Shown: positions 51,996 through 60,645, counted from the first letter of the stretch. The stretch is DNA of 64,000 bases from an uncultured delta proteobacterium (GCA_963804165.1 CAWDPO010000043.1:96001-160000); one strand, 5' to 3'. The notes: a model not told the origin generated them from the letters alone. Made by a program: numbers and translations.

Positions 51996-53807
51996 TTAAG
52001 ACGCCTTTCGGTACATATCTTCGATTAAGTCTTTGTAGCGCTCGACAATCACTTGCCGCCGCGGCTTTAGCGTCGGAGTCAATTCTTCGCTCTCGACGGT
52101 GAAATCGCGGTCGAGAATCGTGAAACTTCGAATCGCTTCATAGGGCGCCAGAACCTTATTGGTCTTTTGAATAATCTCCCGCACTTGCGTCTGCACCCAC
52201 GGATGCGCCGCTAGACTCACCGCTGGATCGATTTCAATGCCGCTTTGCTCTGCCAATCGCCGTACTCGTTGAACATTGAGAGTGATCAAAGCTAAAACGT
52301 GGCGCTGCCCCCTGCCAACGATCAGAGCTTGGCTAATCAGGGGGTAGGATTTCAAAAGGTTTTCAAGTTTCTGCGGCGCGACTTTCTTGCCCCCGGAAGT
52401 CACGATCAAATCTCGCTTGCGCTCCGTAATGCGCAAAAAACCATCGGCGTCGACGGCGCCGACGTCACCCGTGTGAAACCAGCCCTCGGCGTCGATCGCT
52501 TCTTGAGTTGCCAGCAGATCGCGGAAGTAGGCTTTGAAAATATTCGGCCCGCGCAGCAAAATCTCACCATCCTCCGCGACGCGACATTCGACACCCGCCA
52601 GCGGCAATCCCACCGTGCCGAACTTGAAATGCCCTGGCCGATTCACGTGGGATACCGTCGACGTTTCCGTCGATCCATAGCCTTCGAGAACGACCATACC
52701 CAACGCGTGGAAAAACCCAGCGATCTCCGGTGACAAGGGCGCGCCACCCGAAATCGCCATGCGCAACCAACCGCCAAACCCCGAGCGCACGCGCGAGAAT
52801 ATCAACAGGTCGGCGACGGCGACGGCTATTGCCGCCGACCAGTCCTGTCTTTTTCCTGCCAATCGCGCCTGCGCCTTTGCCAGGGCCCAATAGAAAAGTT
52901 TCCTGCGCCAGCCATGTTCTCTACCGAGGCGCAGGCGAATGCGATTGTATGCTTGCTCATAGATGCGCGGCACGGAGAAAATCACAGTCGGTCGAATCCT
53001 ACGAAGATCGCTCGCAATGGTCTCCACCGAGCGGGCGACGGTCAGCGTCCAACCTTTTGCCACGGCCATGAAATGCTCTAACCGGCCGAGCGAATGCGCG
53101 GTCGGGAGAAAGTGCAGCGTCACGTCGGCATCGGTTGAGGGCACCGCCGCATCGACCGCGCCGATCATGAATAGATAGTTAGCGTGAGTCGTTAACACTC
53201 CCTTCGGTGTGCCCGTCGTGCCGGAAGTGTAAATGATCGTCAGATCGTCCTCGCAACGAATGCTCTGCGCGAGATTTTCAAAAATATCCTCATGCCGTTC
53301 TGTGTACCCGCGCCCGATCTCCCGGAGACGATCCAGGGTGAGTACGGGTTTCTCTATTCCTACTCCCGAACTGCTTCGATCGCCTTCGATCACGATCACC
53401 GACTTGAGTTGATCCGCCGGGCTCGAATGGAGATCTAACCCGGCAAGGCGCTGCGGTGAATCGACAAAGAGAACCGTCGGATCCGCATGCTCGATGATGT
53501 GGCGCGCTTGGGTTGTCGTACTCGCGGCATAGATCGGAACAGTCAAGGCACCGATACAAATATTCGCCCAATCGGCGAGCAGCCATTCGACCCGGTTGCT
53601 GGCGAAGATCGCGACCCGATCACCGCGTTCGATGCCGAGTGACACTAAACCGAGGGCGATTTCGCGAACCTGGCTTAACGCTTCGTTCCAGGTCAGCGAG
53701 CGCCACTGACCGTCGCGCGAGAAACGATAGAGGACCTTTTGGCCATAACGCCCGGCCTGAGCGATAAACATGGCGGCGAGGCTGCTATAGGGAAATGCTT
53801 GATTCAT
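51996..53807 (-). CDS. Long-chain fatty acid-CoA ligase (FAA1/FadD15 type)
   Basis: YTSGTTGTPKG, EGYGSTE and GWFHTGDVG motifs. Confidence 0.92.
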   Translation of the reverse strand: MNQAFPYSSLAAMFIAQAGRYGQKVLYRFSRDGQWRSLTWNEALSQVREIALGLVSLGIERGDRVAIFASNRVEWLLADWANICIGALTVPIYAASTTTQARHIIEHADPTVLFVDSPQRLAGLDLHSSPADQLKSVIVIEGDRSSSGVGIEKPVLTLDRLREIGRGYTERHEDIFENLAQSIRCEDDLTIIYTSGTTGTPKGVLTTHANYLFMIGAVDAAVPSTDADVTLHFLPTAHSLGRLEHFMAVAKGWTLTVARSVETIASDLRRIRPTVIFSVPRIYEQAYNRIRLRLGREHGWRRKLFYWALAKAQARLAGKRQDWSAAIAVAVADLLIFSRVRSGFGGWLRMAISGGAPLSPEIAGFFHALGMVVLEGYGSTETSTVSHVNRPGHFKFGTVGLPLAGVECRVAEDGEILLRGPNIFKAYFRDLLATQEAIDAEGWFHTGDVGAVDADGFLRITERKRDLIVTSGGKKVAPQKLENLLKSYPLISQALIVGRGQRHVLALITLNVQRVRRLAEQSGIEIDPAVSLAAHPWVQTQVREIIQKTNKVLAPYEAIRSFTILDRDFTVESEELTPTLKPRRQVIVERYKDLIEDMYRKAS

Positions 53808-53871
53808 CGCGTTGGCGATCTCCGTCAATGACCTATGAACACCAAATGTTAGAGCGCCACGCCGACGCCCA

Positions 53872-54213
53872 CTATGACGAAAGTCCCGTCCAGCACCGGG
53901 TGCGAACTGTCCAAGAGTCCCCGATCCATCGCCACCTGACAAATGCCGAATCGATCGATCCATAAAGTTCGATGGAGTCAACGTCCCATTTGGTCCGTGC
54001 ATCGTTATAAAAGATCAGGATTCCCGCTGCTCCGTCTTCATCAATAAACATGGTGTAATCGATCACAGTCATGGGGTTTCGATCGGGAATTGTTGGCGGC
54101 AGGATGACTCGCTCGTGTCGAAGATTTTCTCCGACTCTGAGCTGCTCGGGCATCGCTTTATCGCTTAAGACCAATGCTGCGATCAAAACCAGGAAGCCGC
54201 AGAGTTTCTTCAT
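53872..54213 (-). CDS. Hypothetical exported protein (C-terminus possibly frameshifted)
   Basis: Signal peptide MKKLCGFLVLIAALVL; sigma-54 promoter upstream. Confidence 0.5.
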   Translation of the reverse strand: MKKLCGFLVLIAALVLSDKAMPEQLRVGENLRHERVILPPTIPDRNPMTVIDYTMFIDEDGAAGILIFYNDARTKWDVDSIELYGSIDSAFVRWRWIGDSWTVRTRCWTGLSS

Positions 54214-54241
54214 TTTCCATCACCACCGTGATAACAAACAG

Positions 54242-54443
54242 GCAAACTATGTGCCCAGCGATGGAGCCCAGGCACAGTTAGAATCTCAATGAATGCGGCT
54301 GATGATTCGAATCAAACGCTCGGAATTTTCTCAGAGATGAAAATCTCTAGGACGTTTTCCTACTAAGAATGCGAAGGAAACTTGCGCTCGGCTCAGCAAA
54401 AGTGGGGGATTCATTAGGATACAACTCGCGGCACTCCAATTGC
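54242..54443. promoter_or_regulatory. Divergent sigma-54 promoters with paired activator sites
   Basis: GGGCAC-ATAGT-TTGC (-, 54242-54256), CGGCAC-TCCAA-TTGC (+, 54429-54443); TTCTCA-GAGA-TGAAAA (54328) and CTACTA-AGAA-TGCGAA (54360). Confidence 0.72.
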
Positions 54444-54502
54444 GTCTGCAAAAGGCAAATTGACAACATTTCCACACGGGTAACCTTAGGAAAGGTCTAC
54501 GC

Positions 54503-55576
54503 ATGCGTACGTTCAGCTACGATAGGTCCCGGAACTCGGTACTATGGGGATTGGTTTTGGCAGCCGGAGACGGTAGAAGACTGCAAAGCTATATCCAGAA
54601 GCTTCTCGGCGAGAATCTGCCTAAGCAATACGTTAATTTTGTCGGCCGGCGTTCGATGTTGGAGCACACTATCCACCGCGCTAAGAAGCTCATCTCAGCG
54701 CGCCAGGTCGTTACTATAGTAAGCCGCCAGCACCTGCAATTCACCACGGTCCAGCGCCAGCTTGCCCGCCTTTCGCCAAAAAACGTGATCGTTCAGCCCG
54801 AAAATCGAGAAACGCTTCCTGGAATCTTGCTGCCGTTGATGCATCTCTATAAACGCTGTTCGGAATCCATCGTCGCGTTATTTCCATCGGATCATTTCAT
54901 CTTGGAAGAAGACCGTTTCATGGATTATGTGGCGCAGGCCGCCCGTGCGGTCGCGCACGATCCCTCCCGCCTCGTCCTGCTCGCCATCGAGCCGCAGGAT
55001 CCTGAAACCGAGTATGGCTACGTTGTTCCGCGTGCAAATGACGGCCACTTAAGCATTTGGGGGACGCGTAGCGCCGTGCGTTTTGTCGAGAAGCCTAATG
55101 CCGCGATGGCCCACGGGCTTATTGAGTCAGGGGCCTTGTGGAACACCATGATTATGGTTTTTAAGGTTCGAACGCTCCTGCAGCTCATAGAGAAGCTTTG
55201 CCCGGCCGTGTATCTCGACTTCAGACGCATTCTTCCGGCGCTCGGCAGCGCGAATGAAACGGAAGCTGTCAATGAAATTTATCGGACACTCGAACCCATG
55301 AATTTTTCAAAGGTATTCTTAGAACGGCTTGCTGCGGTCAGTCCCGAGCGGATATCGGTACTGCCGGTGCTCCAGGTATTCTGGAGCGACTGGGGCTCGC
55401 CGGAACGGTTGTTACGGACGCAGGAGCTACTGACGGCTTCACGTGTGGGGCAATTCAAGTACGTCGTGCAACGTCATGAATATCGGGCACTGGAAGCAAA
55501 TCAAGGCGACCAGGCAGCCCACGATGGAGTGATAGTCCAGCGGGCGTGTCATTCACGCGCGGGAGAATGTCTATGA
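54503..55576 (+). CDS. Sugar-phosphate nucleotidyltransferase (mannose-1-phosphate guanylyltransferase-like)
   Basis: LAAGDGRRL, PKQY, FPSDH, EYGY, FVEKP and WSDWG motifs. Confidence 0.88.
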   Translation: MRTFSYDRSRNSVLWGLVLAAGDGRRLQSYIQKLLGENLPKQYVNFVGRRSMLEHTIHRAKKLISARQVVTIVSRQHLQFTTVQRQLARLSPKNVIVQPENRETLPGILLPLMHLYKRCSESIVALFPSDHFILEEDRFMDYVAQAARAVAHDPSRLVLLAIEPQDPETEYGYVVPRANDGHLSIWGTRSAVRFVEKPNAAMAHGLIESGALWNTMIMVFKVRTLLQLIEKLCPAVYLDFRRILPALGSANETEAVNEIYRTLEPMNFSKVFLERLAAVSPERISVLPVLQVFWSDWGSPERLLRTQELLTASRVGQFKYVVQRHEYRALEANQGDQAAHDGVIVQRACHSRAGECL

Positions 55577-56007
55577 GAACGATATCGGTGCGCAAACGGC
55601 TCGGATTGATGACGCTTGTATTCAGCGGCGGTCTTCTGGCACTCCTACCTGTTGCATCGCCGCAAAACGTCCGCGCGCGCGAAGAGGCGGCGCGTATAGT
55701 GACTGTTGAGAAGATCGCCATCACGGACGATGTAGTTTCGGGCGAGGTGCTCAATCGCTCTCCGAATGTACTTCGTGATATCCAACTTTTGATTCGCTAC
55801 ACCTGGTTGTGGGACAACGAAACGAAACCCGGTAAGGACGATCCCAGTACATCCATCTACTACGTTTTGCCCAAAGAGATTCCCCCCGGTGGGCGCTTGC
55901 CCTTCACGTACAAACCGTCGCCTCCGTTACCCAAGAGGGTGGGTGGGCGCTTTGAAACTTCGGCCTCTATCGCCGGGTTTGCCGAAGTGATTCAGCAAAT
56001 TCGGTAG
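55573..56007 (+). CDS. Hypothetical exported protein
   Basis: Signal peptide followed by a beta-rich domain; ATGA overlap with the upstream gene. Confidence 0.65.
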   Translation: MRTISVRKRLGLMTLVFSGGLLALLPVASPQNVRAREEAARIVTVEKIAITDDVVSGEVLNRSPNVLRDIQLLIRYTWLWDNETKPGKDDPSTSIYYVLPKEIPPGGRLPFTYKPSPPLPKRVGGRFETSASIAGFAEVIQQIR

Positions 56008-56025
56008 CCGCCAGAGTCAATTGGC

Positions 56026-57756
56026 TCACTCCGTCTCTGGTCGAATCTGGTAATGATCTTGGATGTGCGCCAGAATCTCCGCTCGATCGGGATTGACTCC
56101 CGCCGGCATGGTACGCTCGAGTTTACGCAGTCCCTTCGCTAGCTGTTGGTCGCCAATGACTTCGCCTACCCAGCGGGAAAAGTCACCCGCAAGCAAATGG
56201 TGGCGCAGCGAAAAAAATGGCAAGGTCTGCACTGCCTGGTAGAATTCCATCATATTATGGGCGGCGAGTGCCTTACCCGCATTGACGAAGCGAAATGCCT
56301 TGTCATCGGGCAAACGCGTGTCCGCGTATTTGCGGGCGTGATGTGAGTGCCCCGTCACCCGTTTCACGGGAGTGAACACTTCCCAAGGGGCTTTCACCGA
56401 ATTCACCATTAGGAGTCCGGCATGCGGCGGTTCCAGGCGATCGAGTGCATCGTGCACGGGTATCTGCAGATGATCATGCGCCTGTAGGATCTTGGTGACG
56501 AAGTAACGCTCTTCCTCGACTTTAGTGCTGGTAATGACGTGTGCGCCGATGGTGCCATAGACTCCGCTCGCCAATAAGCTAGGCCGATACGTCACGAAAC
56601 AAAAACTTCCGCTGGAAGTATTAAGATACTTCAAGCAAGGACTCTGTGCCTGAAAGAAGTAATGCGCCTCATCGATCACAATCCAGTGCGGGCAACCCGT
56701 GCTTTGCCGCATCTCCTGCAGCGCCCCGAGTAACTGATCGACGTAATGCAGTTGATCCTGAGGCGCCCGGGATGAGAGCACCAATATGATACTTAGGGCT
56801 TCGTTGCTAAGGAGCCTTGCTGCCGCTGCCGGGGAGAGCAAAGCTAGTTCAACTCCGAAGGTCACGACCCTGGATCGCTCTCCCATCTGAGCATAATCAC
56901 CTTCGGGATCGATGACGCAAACGCGGTAGCCTTGTTCGATGAGTTGCTCGCCAAGAAGACCCGCGATCCAGGATTTTCCCGAGCGGGGGTCACCGCTGAC
57001 GACAACGTTGGTACCGGAAGTGGGAATCGTGACCGGCTGTCCTTCCGAGTTCTTGCCGAGCAAGACGGTGCGACGAGCAGGAGTAGGCACGGCACCGCTG
57101 TGCTCCAACAAATTTCGGATATAAGCAGCGACGCCGGCTCCGCCCGGCTGCGACAACCGATCATCGGCGAGCGCCGTTACTGCGGGGATGGAACCGCGCG
57201 CGGCCACTCCGATTTCCGCATTCACTAGCATGGGTATATCGTTTTCCGCATCGCCGAAAGCGATCAAATTTCGTTCCGATCGTCCCAGCTCAGCCAGCGC
57301 TCGACGAATTCCGACCGCCTTATTGATTCCGCTAGGGAGAACCATCAAGGCAGCTCGGTTGAAGACCAATTGGCCGTCAATGCCGAACCGACGGATGAGC
57401 GCAAGAAGCTTATCGGCGTGCTGTTCCCAGGTGCCAACGATTACCGCCCCTGTATGAAACGGCACACCCAGCGCTCGTAGCTCGCCGAGAAAGTGCTCGG
57501 ATGGCGGTTCGCCAATTTGAATTGTCCGCTCCAGCCCGCAAAGATAAATTAGGGCTCCATTTTCCGCGACGACGGCATCGAAAGGCGATAACTCGTCGCA
57601 CGCGCGTTGGACATCCTCCAAGACTCGTCCCGTGACTAATAAGGTCACGAATCCTTGGGCCCGCGCTGCCGCCAATGCGGCATACAATTCGGGGGCAGGA
57701 TGTCCGTCAGTGGCTCCGGTGCCGTCGAAGTCACATGCGATGACACGGCAATACAT
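56026..57756 (-). CDS. HAD-IIB phosphatase plus P-loop ATPase (HerA/DUF87-like) plus DUF5752-like tail
   Basis: DFDGT, TGR, GDAEND; Walker A GDPRSGKS, IDPEGDY, Walker B IVIDEAH; GDFSRWV. Confidence 0.82.
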   Translation of the reverse strand: MYCRVIACDFDGTGATDGHPAPELYAALAAARAQGFVTLLVTGRVLEDVQRACDELSPFDAVVAENGALIYLCGLERTIQIGEPPSEHFLGELRALGVPFHTGAVIVGTWEQHADKLLALIRRFGIDGQLVFNRAALMVLPSGINKAVGIRRALAELGRSERNLIAFGDAENDIPMLVNAEIGVAARGSIPAVTALADDRLSQPGGAGVAAYIRNLLEHSGAVPTPARRTVLLGKNSEGQPVTIPTSGTNVVVSGDPRSGKSWIAGLLGEQLIEQGYRVCVIDPEGDYAQMGERSRVVTFGVELALLSPAAAARLLSNEALSIILVLSSRAPQDQLHYVDQLLGALQEMRQSTGCPHWIVIDEAHYFFQAQSPCLKYLNTSSGSFCFVTYRPSLLASGVYGTIGAHVITSTKVEEERYFVTKILQAHDHLQIPVHDALDRLEPPHAGLLMVNSVKAPWEVFTPVKRVTGHSHHARKYADTRLPDDKAFRFVNAGKALAAHNMMEFYQAVQTLPFFSLRHHLLAGDFSRWVGEVIGDQQLAKGLRKLERTMPAGVNPDRAEILAHIQDHYQIRPETE

Positions 57757-57782
57757 ATTCGAAATCCAGGATCCGAAGCTGA

Positions 57783-58268
57783 TTAGGCAGCCTTCCTTCT
57801 GCGCGGTTCCACCAGTCGAACAATCTGGGGCTTCGCAAATACAGTGAAATCTCTGTAGCGCAACCTCACCGTCTGGGCATGATTCCCGGCGTTGAAGTAG
57901 ATGTATTGATCCTTCTCCAGCTCGGGATCGACGTAGACTTTGAGGCCAAAAAGATTTCCAAATGGCGGCATCGCGCCGATTTCACAGCCGGGAAAGCGCG
58001 AGATAAATTCATCTTCTGTTGCCAATCGCACCCGGGTGGCACCCAAGCTCGACCGTGCCATATCCAAGCTGATCTTATGGCTGCCCCTAATCACGCCCAT
58101 GACCAGCGTGCCGTCGACAACAAGCATCACAACCTTGGCGATTTCGTTTCCGGACACGTGTTGCTGGGCGGCGATCTCCTGCGCAGTATACGCAAGCGGG
58201 TGGTTGAAAACCTCGTACGACACTTTCCCTTCATCGAGCATTTCCTTTAGCTTCGTCAAAATCGGCAT
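57783..58268 (-). CDS. YbaK/ProX aminoacyl-tRNA editing domain protein
   Basis: AKVV, LATE.E...FPGCEIGAMPPFG and FNAGNH motifs. Confidence 0.88.
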   Translation of the reverse strand: MPILTKLKEMLDEGKVSYEVFNHPLAYTAQEIAAQQHVSGNEIAKVVMLVVDGTLVMGVIRGSHKISLDMARSSLGATRVRLATEDEFISRFPGCEIGAMPPFGNLFGLKVYVDPELEKDQYIYFNAGNHAQTVRLRYRDFTVFAKPQIVRLVEPRRRKAA

Positions 58269-58332
58269 AACTTCCTCCTTTCGGCTGCAATGCACTAATT
58301 AAATTAGATTTAATCTCTGTTGAATATTGGTG

Positions 58333-58558
58333 GCAAGAACCGTGCCTTAGATTCGGGCAAGACGTTTTCTATTTCCTGCACGATATAGGCTCTCCACAGA
58401 TGCACCCTCATGATTGAGGCGACCTCAGTTCCCACCGCTGATAATTCTCCTGGTTCGTTTTCTCACGCGTGCGAGCCGAGTGGCCCAATCAGATAAATTC
58501 TCAGTTTATTCGCGGGATTTCTCGCTGCGAAAATCGTTCACCGTGGCACATCTCTTGC
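58333..58558. promoter_or_regulatory. Divergent sigma-54 promoters with paired activator sites
   Basis: AGGCAC-GGTTC-TTGC (-, 58333-58347), TGGCAC-ATCTC-TTGC (+, 58544-58558); TTCCCA-CCGC-TGATAA (58429) and TTCTCA-CGCG-TGCGAG (58460). Confidence 0.78.
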
Positions 58559-58611
58559 CGCTCTTTGTGGATGAATGCGGGCGCACAATCAGCAAAGATG
58601 GAGGAAGACAT

Positions 58612-59079
58612 ATGAAAATTCCCTTGAAGATCACCTTTCGTGACATGCCCCCTTCGAAAGCGATCGAGAACAATATTCGCGCGAAAGCCAGCAAGCTGGA
58701 TGTATTTTACGACGCCATCATGAGCTGTCGGGTCATCGTCGAGGCGCCGCACCGCCACCATCATAAGGGCAAGGCCTATGTAGTACGTATCGACCTGACT
58801 GTCCCGGGAGGCGAACTGGTGGTCAATCGTGAGCCCAAGCGTCTAGTGGCCGCCCCGGTGGAACATATAGAAGAATTAGAAAAGACATGGGCCGAAAGTC
58901 ATGGGCCGAGCAAGCATGCGGCACATGAGGATGCCTATGTCGCTATTCGCGATGCCTTCAACGCGGCGGCGCGTAAGTTACAGGACTATGCGCGGCGGCA
59001 GCTGGCAAGACTAAGGTCCATGAATCCACGCGGCTGCGTCACCCTAAACGGTCCTCTCCGAATTCTTGAGACGATTTGA
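58612..59079 (+). CDS. HPF/RaiA-family ribosome-associated (hibernation) protein
   Basis: MKIPLKITFRDM..S.AIE...CRVIVEAPHRH...VRIDLTVPG...HEDAYVAIRDAF. Confidence 0.88.
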   Translation: MKIPLKITFRDMPPSKAIENNIRAKASKLDVFYDAIMSCRVIVEAPHRHHHKGKAYVVRIDLTVPGGELVVNREPKRLVAAPVEHIEELEKTWAESHGPSKHAAHEDAYVAIRDAFNAAARKLQDYARRQLARLRSMNPRGCVTLNGPLRILETI

Positions 59080-59165
59080 GCGAGCGAACAGCAAGCCGCG
59101 CAACGGTTCCTGAAACCAGGGCGACGCGCCGTTCGGTTTTGGCCGTCTCAGCGGGAACCCGATGA

Positions 59166-59531
59166 TCATGCCGCACGCCCGTGCACGCCGTGCCGGTGTT
59201 TAGTCTTTTCCTCTGCGTGTTTGTCTTTCGTTTCGCGCAGTCCGCGACGAACGTACTCTGGGTCGAGGCCGAGGAGATCGCACACATTGTCGAAGGAAAA
59301 GATCCAGTCGTTACCCCTGTGCATAATCCACTTCTCGGCAGTACGGAATCGTTCTTTACCCTTCGGATCGTGCGCCCGACTGTATTTGCGATACTCATGC
59401 GCCGCGTCTTCAAGAATCGCAGCGACTAGCGCTCGTTCGGGTTCGAGGTGCTCGCTGCGGCGAAACGTATCCAAGTACTGCTGCGCCATTGAAGTGTCGC
59501 CGTTCATGATCGTAATAATGTTTTCCGCCAT
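59166..59531 (-). CDS. Conserved-looking hypothetical protein
   Basis: EPERALVAAILEDA...A..W...WIFSFDNVCDLLGLDPEYVRRGL; RBS GAAGG. Confidence 0.7.
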   Translation of the reverse strand: MAENIITIMNGDTSMAQQYLDTFRRSEHLEPERALVAAILEDAAHEYRKYSRAHDPKGKERFRTAEKWIMHRGNDWIFSFDNVCDLLGLDPEYVRRGLRETKDKHAEEKTKHRHGVHGRAA

Positions 59532-59585
59532 TGCGCTCACCTTCCTTTCTACTTTGAGTTTCGAATTCGTCCCTAAATAACTCAC

Positions 59586-59739
59586 GCAACCGATATGCCA
59601 CTAGGTTACGCGGAGCTGATGCCGTGTTCTTCCCAGCCTTGCAAGAATTTGCCCGGCGCCTTCTCAGCGCTGAGAAATGGCCATGACTAAAAGCCGAAAA
59701 GTCGAAGTAAATCGAGCGTATCAATGGCATAGCCGTTGC
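59586..59739. promoter_or_regulatory. Divergent sigma-54 promoters with paired activator sites
   Basis: TGGCAT-ATCGG-TTGC (-, 59586-59600), TGGCAT-AGCCG-TTGC (+, 59725-59739); TTCCCA-GCCT-TGCAAG (59630) and the perfect palindrome TTCTCA-GCGC-TGAGAA (59661). Confidence 0.8.
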
Positions 59740-59810
59740 GTTTGTTAACTATCGAATCGTTTAAATAGTTCACGCCACTCGATGGAATTGGTTTTCGGAG
59801 CATTGAGCCC

Positions 59811-60239
59811 ATGGCAAAGAAACAAAATGATTTGATCTCATTTCCCATGCATCTGCCGCGAGAAGTGGAACGCCTGTTTGATGAAATCATTCACCGTCCT
59901 TGGGGTTCTTGCCGAGAGATACGCGGCTGGAGTCCCTCCATTGATCTTTACGAAACCGCTGAAGCGTTCATTCTCGAAGCGGACCTTCCGGGGGTTAATT
60001 CCGACGATGTCACGGTGGAGATCGAAAATAGCGATTTGGTCTTACAGGGCTGGCGCTCCCTGGAAAAGAAACACGATGATGGCCAGTTTCACACCATGGA
60101 GCGCTCATCAGGGAACTTTGTCCGGCGTATCAAACTTCCCGAATCGGTCGACAAAAACGCTATTAACGCCGAGTTCCACGACGGCGTATTGCGGGTCATC
60201 ATTCCGAAAGCCAAAGAACGGAGAGAAGAAGCAAAATGA
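59811..60239 (+). CDS. Hsp20/alpha-crystallin small heat-shock protein
   Basis: WSPSIDLYET, ADLPGV, ERSSGNFVRRI.LP and DGVLRVIIPK motifs. Confidence 0.93.
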   Translation: MAKKQNDLISFPMHLPREVERLFDEIIHRPWGSCREIRGWSPSIDLYETAEAFILEADLPGVNSDDVTVEIENSDLVLQGWRSLEKKHDDGQFHTMERSSGNFVRRIKLPESVDKNAINAEFHDGVLRVIIPKAKERREEAK

Positions 60240-60520
60240 TCGGCAACACTGAATTAACATCCGCCGAACCTCACAAGGAATCGGTTTGCCACGCCCGCGA
60301 GCAAGCTCGCCGGCGATTTCACATCGACGCGCGATTTGACCCGCGCGACCGAATTCATCGGTCAGGAGCGCGCCCTGGCAGCATTGGATTTGGGCTTGGG
60401 CATCGGCGGCAACGGCTACAATATTTTCGTTTCCGGTCTGACCGGCGCCGAGAAGTTGGAAACCGTGCACCGTTGGGTCGCTGAGAGGGCATCCTCCAGC
60501 GCCACGCCTGGCGACTGGGG
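60236..60520 (+). pseudogene. N-terminal fragment of a LonB/LonC-type ATP-dependent protease
   Basis: FIGQERALAALDLGLGI..NGYNIFVSG..G...TPGDW, then similarity ends. Confidence 0.7.
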
Positions 60521-60559
60521 GACAGTTGGGCCGACTGGTACGTCCACGAAACCACTCGC

Positions 60560-60645
60560 ATCGACGACGCACTGACCCGTATCGAAGGCCGATACGGTGT
60601 TTGCCTCGGTTGCCACGAGCCGATCGAGCCGCATCGTCTCGAATC
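60560..60645 (+). pseudogene. Fragment of a DksA/TraR C4 zinc-finger gene
   Basis: The frame reads IDDALTRIEGRYGVCLGCHEPIEPHRLE; the second Cys pair and the start are missing. Confidence 0.6.
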
